Below are positions 9,956-19,348 of a stretch of 64,000 nt of DNA, in pieces. Within the stretch, counting starts at the first letter, position 1. Each line of letters begins with the position of its first letter. The stretch comes from Myxococcaceae bacterium (lineage in GTDB: Bacteria > Myxococcota > Myxococcia > Myxococcales > Myxococcaceae). The position numbers and the translations under genes are program-made. The notes under the pieces are model-generated. The model was not told where the DNA came from. It did not search any database and worked only from the letters and a program-made list of their open reading frames with translations. The stretch covers positions 40,588 through 104,587 of the forward strand of contig JBKQSS010000075.1 in the NCBI GenBank assembly GCA_052143535.1, in the 5' to 3' direction.

Positions 9956-11221
9956 CTACCGCGCGTGGTCCCCCACCCGGACGCGCCACTGGCGCCCCAA
10001 TGCCAGCGCCACCCCGACGTTGGTGGCCCGTCGGCAGGCCAGCACCAGCGCCTGCTCCCCACCGGGAAGCATGGGAAAGACGAGAAACAGCCCACGGCGG
10101 GTGAGCGCCCACCCCTCCTCGGCCGGTCCGGAGCCGCCTGGCCCGAGGGGCGCCGAGCCGAGCAAACCCGCGGCGACTGTGGCGCCGCGCGCCAGCCGCA
10201 GGGTGGCACCCTCCTCGACGACAAAGGCGCTCTGCACCTCGCCGGTGGGCAGGTGCACAAGCCCGGCAGCCAAACACCCGGGCACGTCCGCAGTGGCAGC
10301 CTCGAGGGTGTGGGCCAGCGCGGGGGCTGAAGCGTCCAAGGTGAGGGGCCGCAACCCTCCGTCGGCCGGTAGCGGGGCGCGCTCCAGCACCCGGGCCAAG
10401 AGTGACGCTGACGTCTCGTCGTCCACGTCTTCCAGCAGTGCCGCGCAAGCCGGGCCGGTGACTGCCACACGCCAGTGGCGCGGCGTGCCCACCGAGGCGA
10501 GCTGCAGCGGGTCCCCGGGCTCGCCGCCCGGAGGCGTCCGCACCAGCGCTGCCAGGTCCCGCAGCGAGCGGTCCAGCCCCTCGAAGCTTGCCGGGGTGAG
10601 GCCGAGCGCGGACAACACCACTTCGGGTCCGCCCACTCGCTCCTGCAACACCACCACGCTGGTGCGCGCCCGGGAACCAATGTCCGCGGCGGCGCGGTGG
10701 GCCACATCGAGGGGGGCGGGGGTAAGGGCGCGGGCGCAGGCCAGGTAGGCCTCGAAGGCGCCGAAGGTGAGGCGCGGGTCGACGACACCGCGGAGCGCCT
10801 CGAAGTGGGCCTCCACGCCGGGCGGTGTCCGCGCTGCCAGGTCCAAGAGGCGCTTCACCACCTGTGCCTTGAGCGCGGTGCGGACCGCCATCTCGGCTCG
10901 CGGGCCGCCCATCTCGATGAGCACCTCGCCCAGGGGTCGCCGTTCGGCGCGGGACCGCTGCAGGGCGTCGGGGAGCAGCCGGCCCATCTCCGGGTAGAGG
11001 CGCTCCAGCTGCGTCCCGAGGCGCTCCTCCTCTGAGCCGCCAGCGACGAAGCGCAGCCGGCCGGCGCCAGCCACCAAGTCAAATCGACTCCCGTCCGGGA
11101 GTGGGCCGAACTTCCACAGCCCGGCCGTTGGTGTCTGCTCCACGGCCTCCAGTAGCTGGGCGAGAAAGCCCAGCTGGCGGTGGAGGCCAGCGTCACCGGG
11201 GTCGGCGGAGGGCTCGGGCAT
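9956..11221 (-). CDS. hypothetical protein, possibly with a DUF4388-like N-terminus
   Basis: Track ORF 9956..11272. The TTG at 11272 overlaps the phaZ stop (TTGA); the ATG at 11221 is the conservative start. I recognise no catalytic motif. Confidence 0.55.
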   Translation of the reverse strand: MPEPSADPGDAGLHRQLGFLAQLLEAVEQTPTAGLWKFGPLPDGSRFDLVAGAGRLRFVAGGSEEERLGTQLERLYPEMGRLLPDALQRSRAERRPLGEVLIEMGGPRAEMAVRTALKAQVVKRLLDLAARTPPGVEAHFEALRGVVDPRLTFGAFEAYLACARALTPAPLDVAHRAAADIGSRARTSVVVLQERVGGPEVVLSALGLTPASFEGLDRSLRDLAALVRTPPGGEPGDPLQLASVGTPRHWRVAVTGPACAALLEDVDDETSASLLARVLERAPLPADGGLRPLTLDASAPALAHTLEAATADVPGCLAAGLVHLPTGEVQSAFVVEEGATLRLARGATVAAGLLGSAPLGPGGSGPAEEGWALTRRGLFLVFPMLPGGEQALVLACRRATNVGVALALGRQWRVRVGDHAR

Positions 11222-11268
11222 CAGGACCGGAACAGCCCCGGATGCTACTGGTGGCACCGTCCGCCCCG

Positions 11269-12522
11269 TCAAGGAGGTGGGTGTGTGCCCCCGGCTAGTC
11301 CTGGGGTCCCGGTCGCGTGCCGGCGGATGAAGTCACGGATGCGCGGGGCGACCTCCTCCCGCCACCGGGTTCCGCTGAAGATGCCATAGTGGCCGGCACC
11401 AGGCTGCTGGTAGTGCTCCTTGTGCTCGGGCCCAAGGCCAGTGCAGAGGCTGTGGGCGGCCAGCGTCTGGCCAAGCCCGGTGATGTCGTCGTTCTCGCCC
11501 TCGACGGTGAGCAGCGCGGTGCGCTGGATGGAGGCTGGGCGGATTGGGTGGATGCCCCGGAATTTCATCGTGCCCCGGGCCAGGGCGTGCTCCTGGAAGA
11601 CGCTGCGGACTGTCTGCAGGTAGTACTCCGCGGGCAAGTCCATCACCGAGAGGTACTCGTCGTAGAAGCGCCGTTTGGTTTCGGCGGCGTCCTGGTTTCC
11701 ATCGACGACGTCCCGGAAAAGTCTCCAGTGGGCGGCGACATGCTTGTCCGCGTTGAGCGACACGAAGCCGCTCAGCTGGACGTACCCGGGGCAAACCCAC
11801 CGCCCGGCGCCCGGTTCCGTCGCCGGCACACGGTCGAGCGCCCAGCGCTCGAACCATTCCAGCGGCTGCGTCTCTGAGACGCGGTTGACCTCGGTGGGGT
11901 TGATGCGAGTGTCCACCGGCCCGGCCATCAGCACCATGGTGCGAGGCTGAGCAGCGGGCTCCTCTTCAGCCAAAAGGGAGATGGCCGAGAGCACGGCCAC
12001 TGCCGGCTGGCACACCGACAAGACGTGGACGTCGGGGCCAAGGTGTCGAAGGAAGCGCTGGATGAGGGCGATGTAGTCATCCAGGTCAAAGCCCCCAGCA
12101 GAGAGGGGGATGAGTCGGGCGTCGAGCCAGTCGGTGACGTAGACGTCATGGTCGGCAAGCAACGTCCGCACCGTCTCGCGCAAAAGCGTGGAGTGGTGGC
12201 CCGACAGCGGAGCAACCACCAGAACTGTGGGGTCGGTGGTCGGAACGTCCCGTTGAAAGTGCAAGAGGTTGCAGAAGGGCGTCTGCAGAACTGCCACCTC
12301 CTGCACCGCCACCGTGCGGCCGTGGACTTCGGCCGAGTGAAGGTTGAAGGAGGGCTTGGCATAGAAACGCGTCGAGCGCTCCACCAACTCGCTGACCGCT
12401 GCCAGCGTCCGGGTGAAGGGAGTTTCAGGCAATGCCGGATGCGACCAGAGCGCCTGGTTCACCGCCGCCCACAAATGAAACGGCTCCCGGAGCCCGCGCT
12501 GCAGTTGGTAGGTGAAGTACAC
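11269..12522 (-). CDS. phaZ: intracellular polyhydroxyalkanoate depolymerase
   Basis: MYFTYQLQRGLREPFHLWA... N-terminus and ...VVAPLSGHHSTLLRETV..., with the length (417 aa) typical of the PhaZ (TIGR01849-like) family. It is divergent from phaR. Confidence 0.85.
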   Translation of the reverse strand: MYFTYQLQRGLREPFHLWAAVNQALWSHPALPETPFTRTLAAVSELVERSTRFYAKPSFNLHSAEVHGRTVAVQEVAVLQTPFCNLLHFQRDVPTTDPTVLVVAPLSGHHSTLLRETVRTLLADHDVYVTDWLDARLIPLSAGGFDLDDYIALIQRFLRHLGPDVHVLSVCQPAVAVLSAISLLAEEEPAAQPRTMVLMAGPVDTRINPTEVNRVSETQPLEWFERWALDRVPATEPGAGRWVCPGYVQLSGFVSLNADKHVAAHWRLFRDVVDGNQDAAETKRRFYDEYLSVMDLPAEYYLQTVRSVFQEHALARGTMKFRGIHPIRPASIQRTALLTVEGENDDITGLGQTLAAHSLCTGLGPEHKEHYQQPGAGHYGIFSGTRWREEVAPRIRDFIRRHATGTPGLAGGTHPPP

Positions 12523-12573
12523 GCCCCAGGAGCCTGACCCAACCGGTCAACGAAAGGAACGGGTTTCTTCCAA

Positions 12574-12612
12574 ATGCTGCGCCGCTCCTGTAATTTCTCG
12601 CGCTTGCAGCAT
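12574..12612. promoter_or_regulatory. candidate PhaR operator in the phaZ/phaR divergent region
   Basis: Inverted half-sites ATGCTGC (12574..12580) and GCAGCAT (12606..12612). The TGCTGC core is the same as in the phasin-upstream palindrome. Confidence 0.4.
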
Positions 12613-12705
12613 GCGGCAGGTGAGTCCCTCGGGTGGGCGGCCGACGGCGATGCTATAAGCAGACGCCTCACCCGCGTCCCGGCGACGGGCGCCAGGAGGG
12701 CGGCG

Positions 12706-13203
12706 ATGGCCGTGGTCATCAAGAAGTATGGGAATCGCCGCCTCTACGACGCCGACTCTAGCCGCTACGTCACCCTGGCAGAGGTTGCAGCCAAGGTGCG
12801 CAAAGGGGCGGAGGTTCGCGTGGTGGATGCGAAGTCCGGCGCCGACCTCACCCAGCAGACGCTGACACAAGTCATCATGGAGGAGGGCAATGCGGCGCAA
12901 CTGCTCCCCGTCCCCCTGCTGCACCAGCTGATTCGGATGGGGGATGACGCGCTGGCGGACTTTCTCGGTCGCTATGTCACCCGGGCGCTCGAGCTGTACC
13001 TGCAGGCCCGGGCCGGGATGGGCGCCGTCGGCGCCTTTAACCCGTTTGCTGCATTTGCACCCTCCGACAGCTTCGCCGGCTTTCTCGGCACGGACCGTGC
13101 CGGAGCCAGCCCCGCCGCCACAGGCGCCGTGTCTCGGGAGGTGGAAGCCCTTCGCCGCGAGGTGGATGCCTTGAAGAAGACAGTGGGTAAACGCCGTCGA
13201 TGA
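12706..13203 (+). CDS. phaR: polyhydroxyalkanoate synthesis repressor PhaR
   Basis: The N-terminus MAVVIKKYGNRRLYDADSSRYVTLAEV is diagnostic. AGGAGGG SD lies 6 nt upstream of ATG 12706. Confidence 0.9.
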   Translation: MAVVIKKYGNRRLYDADSSRYVTLAEVAAKVRKGAEVRVVDAKSGADLTQQTLTQVIMEEGNAAQLLPVPLLHQLIRMGDDALADFLGRYVTRALELYLQARAGMGAVGAFNPFAAFAPSDSFAGFLGTDRAGASPAATGAVSREVEALRREVDALKKTVGKRRR

Positions 13204-13211
13204 TTGAGGTT

Positions 13212-13228
13212 TTGCTGCGACGCAGCAA
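13212..13228. promoter_or_regulatory. perfect palindrome TTGCTGCG-A-CGCAGCAA, candidate PhaR operator of the phasin gene
   Basis: 8-bp arms, TGC-rich, immediately upstream of TTGACA (13235..13240) and a TACGTT -10-like hexamer at 13257..13262. Confidence 0.5.
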
Positions 13229-13311
13229 TTTCGCTTGACAGCTCGGTGGGCGGCGTTACGTTTTGGCTGCAGGCGCGATGGACGCGTCGAGCAAAACCAC
13301 GGAGATTCACC

Positions 13312-13593
13312 ATGGCCGAGACGATGAAGTCGACGAATTCGCAGGTGCAGCAAATCTCAACGGAATGGAACAAGATGGTCGCCGAGCAGGTGACCCGGGT
13401 GGAGTCGGGCCTGACCGAGCTGGGCAAGCTGGAGGCCAAGACGCTGGCTCAGGCAGTGACTGGCTTCGAAGAGGCCGGTCGTATTGCCAAGGAGTCGGTG
13501 GCCCTCGCCGAGAAGGCCAGCTCCGAGTGGCGGAAGCTTTTCCTCGACGCGACCCGCCGCGCCGCGGCGATTCTCGCGCCTGAGAAGGTCTAA
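13312..13593 (+). CDS. phaP: phasin family protein
   Basis: 93 aa, all-helical and amphipathic (…EQVTRVESGLTELGKLEAKTLAQAVTGFEEAGRIAKESVALAEKASSEW). It has a GGAGA SD and sits between phaR and pct-phaC. Confidence 0.7.
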   Translation: MAETMKSTNSQVQQISTEWNKMVAEQVTRVESGLTELGKLEAKTLAQAVTGFEEAGRIAKESVALAEKASSEWRKLFLDATRRAAAILAPEKV

Positions 13594-13611
13594 GCGCTTC
13601 CACAGGTGAAC

Positions 13612-13650
13612 CGAGCAGAGAGGCGCCGTTTTCGGCAGTCTCTCTGCTCG
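13612..13650 (+). terminator. long hairpin after the phasin gene
   Basis: CGAGCAGAGAG...CTCTCTGCTCG forms an 11-bp perfect stem. The loop contains an inner GCCG-tttt-CGGC pairing. It starts 19 nt after the stop. Confidence 0.5.
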
Positions 13651-13751
13651 CTGCACTGCGTTTCGGCTTCCCGGCGCCGTGCTTGACGCCGCCGCCTCGA
13701 GTCGACTCTAAGGCCCCGGGGACCGTCCGCCGCCCCAAAGGGAGCTCGGCC

Positions 13752-15725
13752 ATGCTGAGCGTCAATAAGGTGACCAGCGTCGAGGAGGCGATGGCACTGG
13801 TGCAGACGCGTGACACGGTTGCCACCTCGGGCTTCGTCGGCAACGGCACTCCGGACGCGCTGCTCGATGGGCTGGCCCGCGCCTTCGAGACGTCCGGCGC
13901 ACCGAGGGAGTTGACGTTGGTGTTCGCGGCTGGCCAAGGCGATGGCAAGACGCGCGGGCTCAACCGAGTGGCCCTTCCCGGGCTGGTCCGCCGGGCGGTT
14001 GGCGGACACTGGGGACTGGTGCCGAAGCTGGGGGCGATGGCTGTGGCCGGAGAAATTGAAGCCTACAACTTGCCGCAGGGCTGCATTTCGCAGCTGTACC
14101 GCGACATCGCTGCGCACAAGCCGGGAACGCTTTCCCGGGTAGGGCTTGGCACCTTCGTGGACCCGCGGCTCGGCGGCGGCAAGGTGAATACCGCGACTCA
14201 CGAGGACTTGGTGGAACTGCTTGAGCTGCACGGCGTGGAGTGGCTGCTTTACAAGGTGTTTCCCATTCACGTGGCCCTGCTGCGAGGCACGACGGCGGAT
14301 ACGGCTGGCAACGTCACCATGGAGCGAGAGTCCCTGACGCTGGACAACCTGGCCATGGCCATGGCGGCAAAAAACAGCGGCGGTCTGGTCATCGTCCAGG
14401 TGGAGCGGGTGGCGCAGGCCGGGTCGCTCTCGCCGCGGGCGGTGAAGATTCCAGGAGCCCTGGTGGACTGCGTGGCCGTGGCCCGGCCCGAGCACCATTG
14501 GCAAACCTACGCCACCCAGTACAACCCGGTGTACTCCGGCGAGACGCGCGGCGTGCTGGAGGCACTTCCCCCCGCGCCGCTCGACGGGCGTAAGGTGGTT
14601 GGCCGGCGCGCGGCGTTGGAGCTGCTCCCGGGAAGCATCATCAACCTCGGCATCGGCATGCCGGAAGGCGTGGCCGCCGTGGCCCAGGAGGAGGGGCTCC
14701 TCAGCCTGCTCACCCTGACCGCCGAGCCGGGCGTCATCGGCGGTCTGCCCGCGTCCGGGCTCGACTTCGGTGCGGCGATGAACACCGAGGCCCTCATCGA
14801 CCAGAACCAACAATTCGACTTCTACGACGGGGGCGGCTTGGACTTGGCCTGCCTGGGAATGGCCCAGTGCGACGCTCTGGGCAACGTCAACGTCAGCCGC
14901 TTCGGAAGCACCTTTGCCGGCTGCGGGGGTTTCATCAACATCAGTCAGAACGCCCGGCGGGTCGTCTTCGTCGGCACCTTCACGTGTGGTGGGCTCGAGG
15001 TGGAGGTCTCCGGCGGCAAGCTGCGGATTGTCCGAGAGGGCAAGGTCCGCAAATTCATCCAGTCGGTCGAGCAGGTGAGCTTCAGCGCTGCCCAGTGCCG
15101 GAAGGCCAACCACGAGGCGCTCTACGTCACCGAGCGCTGTGTCTTTCGCCTCACCTCGGACGGCCTCGAGCTGACCGAGGTCGCGCCAGGCGTCACGCTG
15201 GACGACATCTTCAACAACATGGACTTTGTGCCCAGCCGGGCCCGACAACTGGCCACCATGGACGCTCGGCTCTTCCTTCCGGAGGCGATGGGGCTCCGCC
15301 ATTCGCTCGAGTCCAGGCCGCTCAAGGAGCGCATCCTCTTCGATGCTTTGGCCGGCGTGCTGTTCATCAATTTCGCTGGGCTTTCGCTGCGCGGTGAGTC
15401 GCAGCTGGAAGCCATCGCCTCGACGGTTGAGCTGCGTTGCGCCCCGCTCGCTCGCCGCGTGCCCGTCGTCGTCAACTATGACGGCTGTACCATTGCCCCA
15501 CAGCTGATGGACGCCTACGCCGAAATGGTGGAGCGCCTCACCGAACGTTTCTATTCCAAGGTGACTCGGTACACGAGCAACGCCTTTTTGCGGCTGACGC
15601 TGGGACACTCCCTGGCCAGCCACCACGTTGCGCCGCACCTGTACGGCTCCAGTCGTGAGGCATTCCGAGCGCTCGCCTCCGCAGGCCCTGCGCAAGAAGC
15701 GGCGCAGTCGTCCAACAACCACTGA
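13752..15725 (+). CDS. pct: acyl-CoA:acetate/3-ketoacid (propionate) CoA-transferase family, with a C-terminal extension
   Basis: MLSVNKVTSVEEAMALVQTRDTVATSGFVGNG..., ...EAYNLPQG... and ...LTAEPGVIGG... are typical of the Pct/YdiF family. At 657 aa it is about 120 aa longer than the ~520-540 aa members I recall. Confidence 0.8.
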   Translation: MLSVNKVTSVEEAMALVQTRDTVATSGFVGNGTPDALLDGLARAFETSGAPRELTLVFAAGQGDGKTRGLNRVALPGLVRRAVGGHWGLVPKLGAMAVAGEIEAYNLPQGCISQLYRDIAAHKPGTLSRVGLGTFVDPRLGGGKVNTATHEDLVELLELHGVEWLLYKVFPIHVALLRGTTADTAGNVTMERESLTLDNLAMAMAAKNSGGLVIVQVERVAQAGSLSPRAVKIPGALVDCVAVARPEHHWQTYATQYNPVYSGETRGVLEALPPAPLDGRKVVGRRAALELLPGSIINLGIGMPEGVAAVAQEEGLLSLLTLTAEPGVIGGLPASGLDFGAAMNTEALIDQNQQFDFYDGGGLDLACLGMAQCDALGNVNVSRFGSTFAGCGGFINISQNARRVVFVGTFTCGGLEVEVSGGKLRIVREGKVRKFIQSVEQVSFSAAQCRKANHEALYVTERCVFRLTSDGLELTEVAPGVTLDDIFNNMDFVPSRARQLATMDARLFLPEAMGLRHSLESRPLKERILFDALAGVLFINFAGLSLRGESQLEAIASTVELRCAPLARRVPVVVNYDGCTIAPQLMDAYAEMVERLTERFYSKVTRYTSNAFLRLTLGHSLASHHVAPHLYGSSREAFRALASAGPAQEAAQSSNNH

Positions 15726-15733
15726 GGAAGCTC

Positions 15734-17464
15734 ATGGACCTTTCCGTTGCCTCACCGAAACTCAAGGAAGCGCAGAAACGGGGCGGCCTGAAGTCCGCAC
15801 TCAGCCGAGCCGTCAACTTCATCGACCAGCTGGACGCCACCGGCCTCAACCGTTCGTTGCTCACCGAAGCAGCCGGCCTGGTCCGCCGTCCGGGCAAGAC
15901 CGGCGCGGCCGTGAGCCGTTTCCTGGTGGGGGAGCTGAGCGCCCTGGTGGCCAGCACGGCGCGCCTCGCCGGGGCCCCGGTGGAAGGGCCCATCCCGCCG
16001 CCCGCCAAAGACCGCCGTTTTGCAGACAAGGCCTGGGAGGAAAACGCATTTTTCTTTGGCCTCCTCCAGGGCCACCTGCTTCGGGAGCGGCTGGCCCAGG
16101 AGCTGGTCGAGGCGGCCGCGCTGTCGCCAGTGGCGGCAAGCAAGGCGCGCCTCATGAGCCAACTGCTCGTGGAGGCGCTGTCGCCGAGCAACTTCCTGTG
16201 GAGCAACCCGGGAGCGCTGAAGCGAGCCTTCGAGACTGGCGGGCTGAGCGTGGTGCGCGGCTTGATGAGCTTCCTCGAGGACGTCCGCACCCGGCATGGC
16301 TGGCCGAAGCAAGTCGACGGATCCTCCTTTCAAATTGGCAAGAATCTCGCGGCGACGCCTGGGAAGGTGGTCTTTCGGAACCACCTCATGGAGCTCATCC
16401 AATACGCACCCGTCACTGCCGAGACATACCGGGTGCCGCTGCTCCTCAGCCCCCCGTGGATTAACAAGTACTACATCATGGACCTCGCCCCAGGTCGCAG
16501 TTTCGCCGAGTGGGCGGTGAAGCACGGGCACACCACCTTCGCCATCAGTTACCGAAACCCGGACGCTTCGATGCACGATGTGTCGCTCGATGACTACCTG
16601 CTCGACGGGCCGCTGGCGGCGACGCGGGTCATCCGGGAGATTACTGGGGCGCCCAAGGTCAACCTCGCGGCGCTCTGCCTCGGCGGTACGCTGGCCACGA
16701 TGCTCCTCGCCTACCTCAACGAGACCGGCGAAGACTGGGTCAACAGCGTGACGCTGCTCAACACCCTGGTCGATTTCAGCGAGCCCGGAATGCTCGGGGC
16801 CTTCACCGACGCGAAAACCATCGAGCGCATCGGCCGTCGCATGGCGGCCCGGGGCTACCTCACCGCCGAGGAGATGGGTGGCACCTTCAACCTGCTTCGT
16901 TCGAGCGACTTGGTCTTCAGCTACGTGGCGAGCCGCTGGCTCATGGGAGAGCCGCTCCCCGCCTTCGACTTGCTTGCCTGGAACGGCGACGGCACTCGGA
17001 TGCCCGCCCGCATGCACATGGCCTACCTCAAGGCCTGCTACCTGGAGAACCGGCTCGCCAAGGATGAGCTGGTGGTGGGAGGACAGCATCTCCGCCCATC
17101 CACCATTCGCCAGGATGCCTTCATCCTCGCAGCCGTCGAGGACCACATCACCCCGTGGAAGTCCTCCTTCAAGACGACCCGATTGCTGGCCGGGAAGGTG
17201 CGCTTTCTGCTCAGCAGCTCCGGCCACATTGCTGGCATCGTCAACCCGCCCCACAAAAATGCCGTCTACTGGATGAACGACAAGCTCGAAGCTGACCCCG
17301 AGTTGTGGCGGGCCGGCGCCAGCCGTCGCAACGAGAGCTGGTGGGAGGAATGGGCACGGTGGGTTTCCTCCCGTGCCGGGGCCCTCGGGGCGCCGCCGCC
17401 CATGGGCAGCACCAGCCACCCGCCTTTGATGGAGGCCCCGGGAGCCTACATTCTCGAGCACTAG
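15734..17464 (+). CDS. phaC: class I poly(R)-hydroxyalkanoic acid synthase
   Basis: Lipase-like box NLAALCLGG with the catalytic Cys, ...PPWINKYYIMDL..., and 576 aa. Confidence 0.92.
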   Translation: MDLSVASPKLKEAQKRGGLKSALSRAVNFIDQLDATGLNRSLLTEAAGLVRRPGKTGAAVSRFLVGELSALVASTARLAGAPVEGPIPPPAKDRRFADKAWEENAFFFGLLQGHLLRERLAQELVEAAALSPVAASKARLMSQLLVEALSPSNFLWSNPGALKRAFETGGLSVVRGLMSFLEDVRTRHGWPKQVDGSSFQIGKNLAATPGKVVFRNHLMELIQYAPVTAETYRVPLLLSPPWINKYYIMDLAPGRSFAEWAVKHGHTTFAISYRNPDASMHDVSLDDYLLDGPLAATRVIREITGAPKVNLAALCLGGTLATMLLAYLNETGEDWVNSVTLLNTLVDFSEPGMLGAFTDAKTIERIGRRMAARGYLTAEEMGGTFNLLRSSDLVFSYVASRWLMGEPLPAFDLLAWNGDGTRMPARMHMAYLKACYLENRLAKDELVVGGQHLRPSTIRQDAFILAAVEDHITPWKSSFKTTRLLAGKVRFLLSSSGHIAGIVNPPHKNAVYWMNDKLEADPELWRAGASRRNESWWEEWARWVSSRAGALGAPPPMGSTSHPPLMEAPGAYILEH

Positions 17465-18438
17465 GCGGTGCGGGGCGGCTCAGAAGCGCCCGGAACGCTG
17501 GCTGTGCGCGCCGCACGTCGGTGGGCCCACAGAGCCCCCAGCGTCCCCACAATTCCGCGCCGGAAAAAGAGCACCGTCACCACGAAAACCAGCCCCGTCA
17601 CCAGGCCGGTGGCGGCGGTGGAGCGCGAGAGCGCGTCCCGCAGCAGGACGGTGACGGCGCTTCCCACCAGCGGCCCGAGGAAAGTGCCGGTGCCGCCGAG
17701 CAAGGTCGTCATCACCACTTGCCCGCTGGTCGTCCAGGAGAGCACGTCGAGCGAGACCACGCCGTGCGCGACAACGAAAAGCGCCCCGGCCAGCCCGGAC
17801 AGGGTAGCGGACAGCAAGAAGGCCAAGAGCTTGTGGGCCCACGTCGCGTAACCCACGCTTTGGGCACGGGTGTCGTTGTCGCGGATGGCGCGCAGCGCCG
17901 CGCCAAACGGGGAGTGGATGGTGCGGAAGGCCACCAGCGCACCGAGCGTCGAAACCACCAGCCCGAACCAGTAGGCGTGCAACGAATTGGAGAAGTCCAA
18001 GCCGAGCAGTGGGGGCCGGGGGATGTTGGGCATCCCACTCTCTCCGCCCGTTACCTCGTCCCATTGCTTGGCGATGAAGTCGACCATCTGCCCGAAGGCG
18101 AGCGTAATCATTGAGAAGTAGATGCCCACACTTCGGATGGACAGAAAGCCGATGGGGAGGGCGAGGACAAATGCGGCCGCCGTCCCCCCGAGCATGGCCA
18201 ACGGGACCCCGACTCCCAGGTGGAGAAGCAGCCACCCGGTGACGTAGGCGCTGGTGCCCCAAAAGGCTGCGTGCCCGAAGGACAGAAGGCCCACCTGGCC
18301 GAATACTAGGTCGAAGGCGAGCGCGAAGAGGCCGAGACAGAGGATGTCCAGGGCCACCACCGGGTAGACAACGAAGGGCAGCCCGACGAGCACCACCAGC
18401 GCCGCCGCTCCGGTGAGCAACCAGCTGCGGCCGCTCAT
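17461..18438 (-). CDS. livM: branched-chain amino acid ABC transporter permease (LivM type)
   Basis: ATG 18438 overlaps the livH stop (ATGA). The upstream part of track ORF 17461..18852 is an artefact that overlaps livH. Confidence 0.85.
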   Translation of the reverse strand: MSGRSWLLTGAAALVVLVGLPFVVYPVVALDILCLGLFALAFDLVFGQVGLLSFGHAAFWGTSAYVTGWLLLHLGVGVPLAMLGGTAAAFVLALPIGFLSIRSVGIYFSMITLAFGQMVDFIAKQWDEVTGGESGMPNIPRPPLLGLDFSNSLHAYWFGLVVSTLGALVAFRTIHSPFGAALRAIRDNDTRAQSVGYATWAHKLLAFLLSATLSGLAGALFVVAHGVVSLDVLSWTTSGQVVMTTLLGGTGTFLGPLVGSAVTVLLRDALSRSTAATGLVTGLVFVVTVLFFRRGIVGTLGALWAHRRAARTASVPGASEPPRTA

Positions 18439-19310
18439 CGTCCGCCCTCCGGCAATCCGAAGAGTCCAGTCGGCCGCACCAGGAGCACGCCGGCCATGAG
18501 GATGAAGACCAGCGTGTTGGCGATGGGCGGGTAGAACGCCGAGCCAATGGCGATCAGGACGCCAACGGTGAAGCCGGTGAGGATGGAGCCGAGGATGCTT
18601 CCCAAGCCCCCGATGACGACGACTGCAAAGGTGGTGACGATGAGTTCGGAGCCCATCAGCGGGTCGACGCTGTAGATGGGCGCGGCGAGCACCCCAGCCA
18701 GGCCGGCCAGGGCCGTGCCGAAGCCGAAGACGGCGGTCACCCAGAGGGAGACGTCGACGCCGAAGCTGCGCGTGACGGTGGGGTTCTCGGTGCAGGCCCG
18801 CACCACCGCCCCGAGTCGGGTCCGCTCGATGAGGAAGAAGGTGACGCCGCACACCGCCACCGAGGCGCCGATGACGAAGAGTCGGTAGGTGGGAAACAGG
18901 ACGAAGCCGAGGTTGGTGACCCCGGCGAGTTGGGAGGGGCCCGAATACGGGGCGCCGCTAATGCCGTAGAAGAGCCGGACGCTGTCCTGAATGACCAGCG
19001 TCAAGCCAAAGGTGAGCAAGAGGTTGTAGGCGGGCGGCAGGTTGTAGAGCCGCCGTAACATGGTTCGCTCGATGAGGACCCCGAAGAGGCCGAGGAGCAC
19101 CGGGGCGATGACCAGCGATGGCCAGAAGCCCAGGCCGAAGCGCTCACCGAGGCTGTAGGCGGTGAAGGCTCCAAGCATGTACATCGCGCCGTGAGCGAAG
19201 TTCACGATGCGCAACATTCCGAAGATGACCGCCAGGCCGAGGGAGAGCAAAGCGTAGAAGGCGCCGTTCACCAGCCCGTTGAAAATCTGGATGACCAGCA
19301 AGCGTCCCAT
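18435..19310 (-). CDS. livH: branched-chain amino acid ABC transporter permease (LivH type)
   Basis: MGRLLVIQIFNGLVNGAFYALLSLGLAVIFGMLRIVNFAHG is the classic LivH N-terminus. Confidence 0.9.
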   Translation of the reverse strand: MGRLLVIQIFNGLVNGAFYALLSLGLAVIFGMLRIVNFAHGAMYMLGAFTAYSLGERFGLGFWPSLVIAPVLLGLFGVLIERTMLRRLYNLPPAYNLLLTFGLTLVIQDSVRLFYGISGAPYSGPSQLAGVTNLGFVLFPTYRLFVIGASVAVCGVTFFLIERTRLGAVVRACTENPTVTRSFGVDVSLWVTAVFGFGTALAGLAGVLAAPIYSVDPLMGSELIVTTFAVVVIGGLGSILGSILTGFTVGVLIAIGSAFYPPIANTLVFILMAGVLLVRPTGLFGLPEGGR

Positions 19311-19348
19311 GTGCCCGGTATTCCTCCCTCGGCCGCTGCCTTACGTCG

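Noticed and set aside
13590-15722. A 710-aa ORF antisense to pct. Similar long antisense or alternate-frame ORFs include 15752..17461(-), 5667..7229(-), 3664..4881(-), 2584..3621(+), 7339..8472(+), 37532..38725(+), 58260..59363(+), 33368..34504(+), 39808..40782(-) and 56153..57100(-).
   Set aside because: These are typical high-GC shadow ORFs. Their products are Arg/Pro/Gly/Ala-rich and low in complexity. They fully overlap genes with clear family signatures on the other strand or frame.
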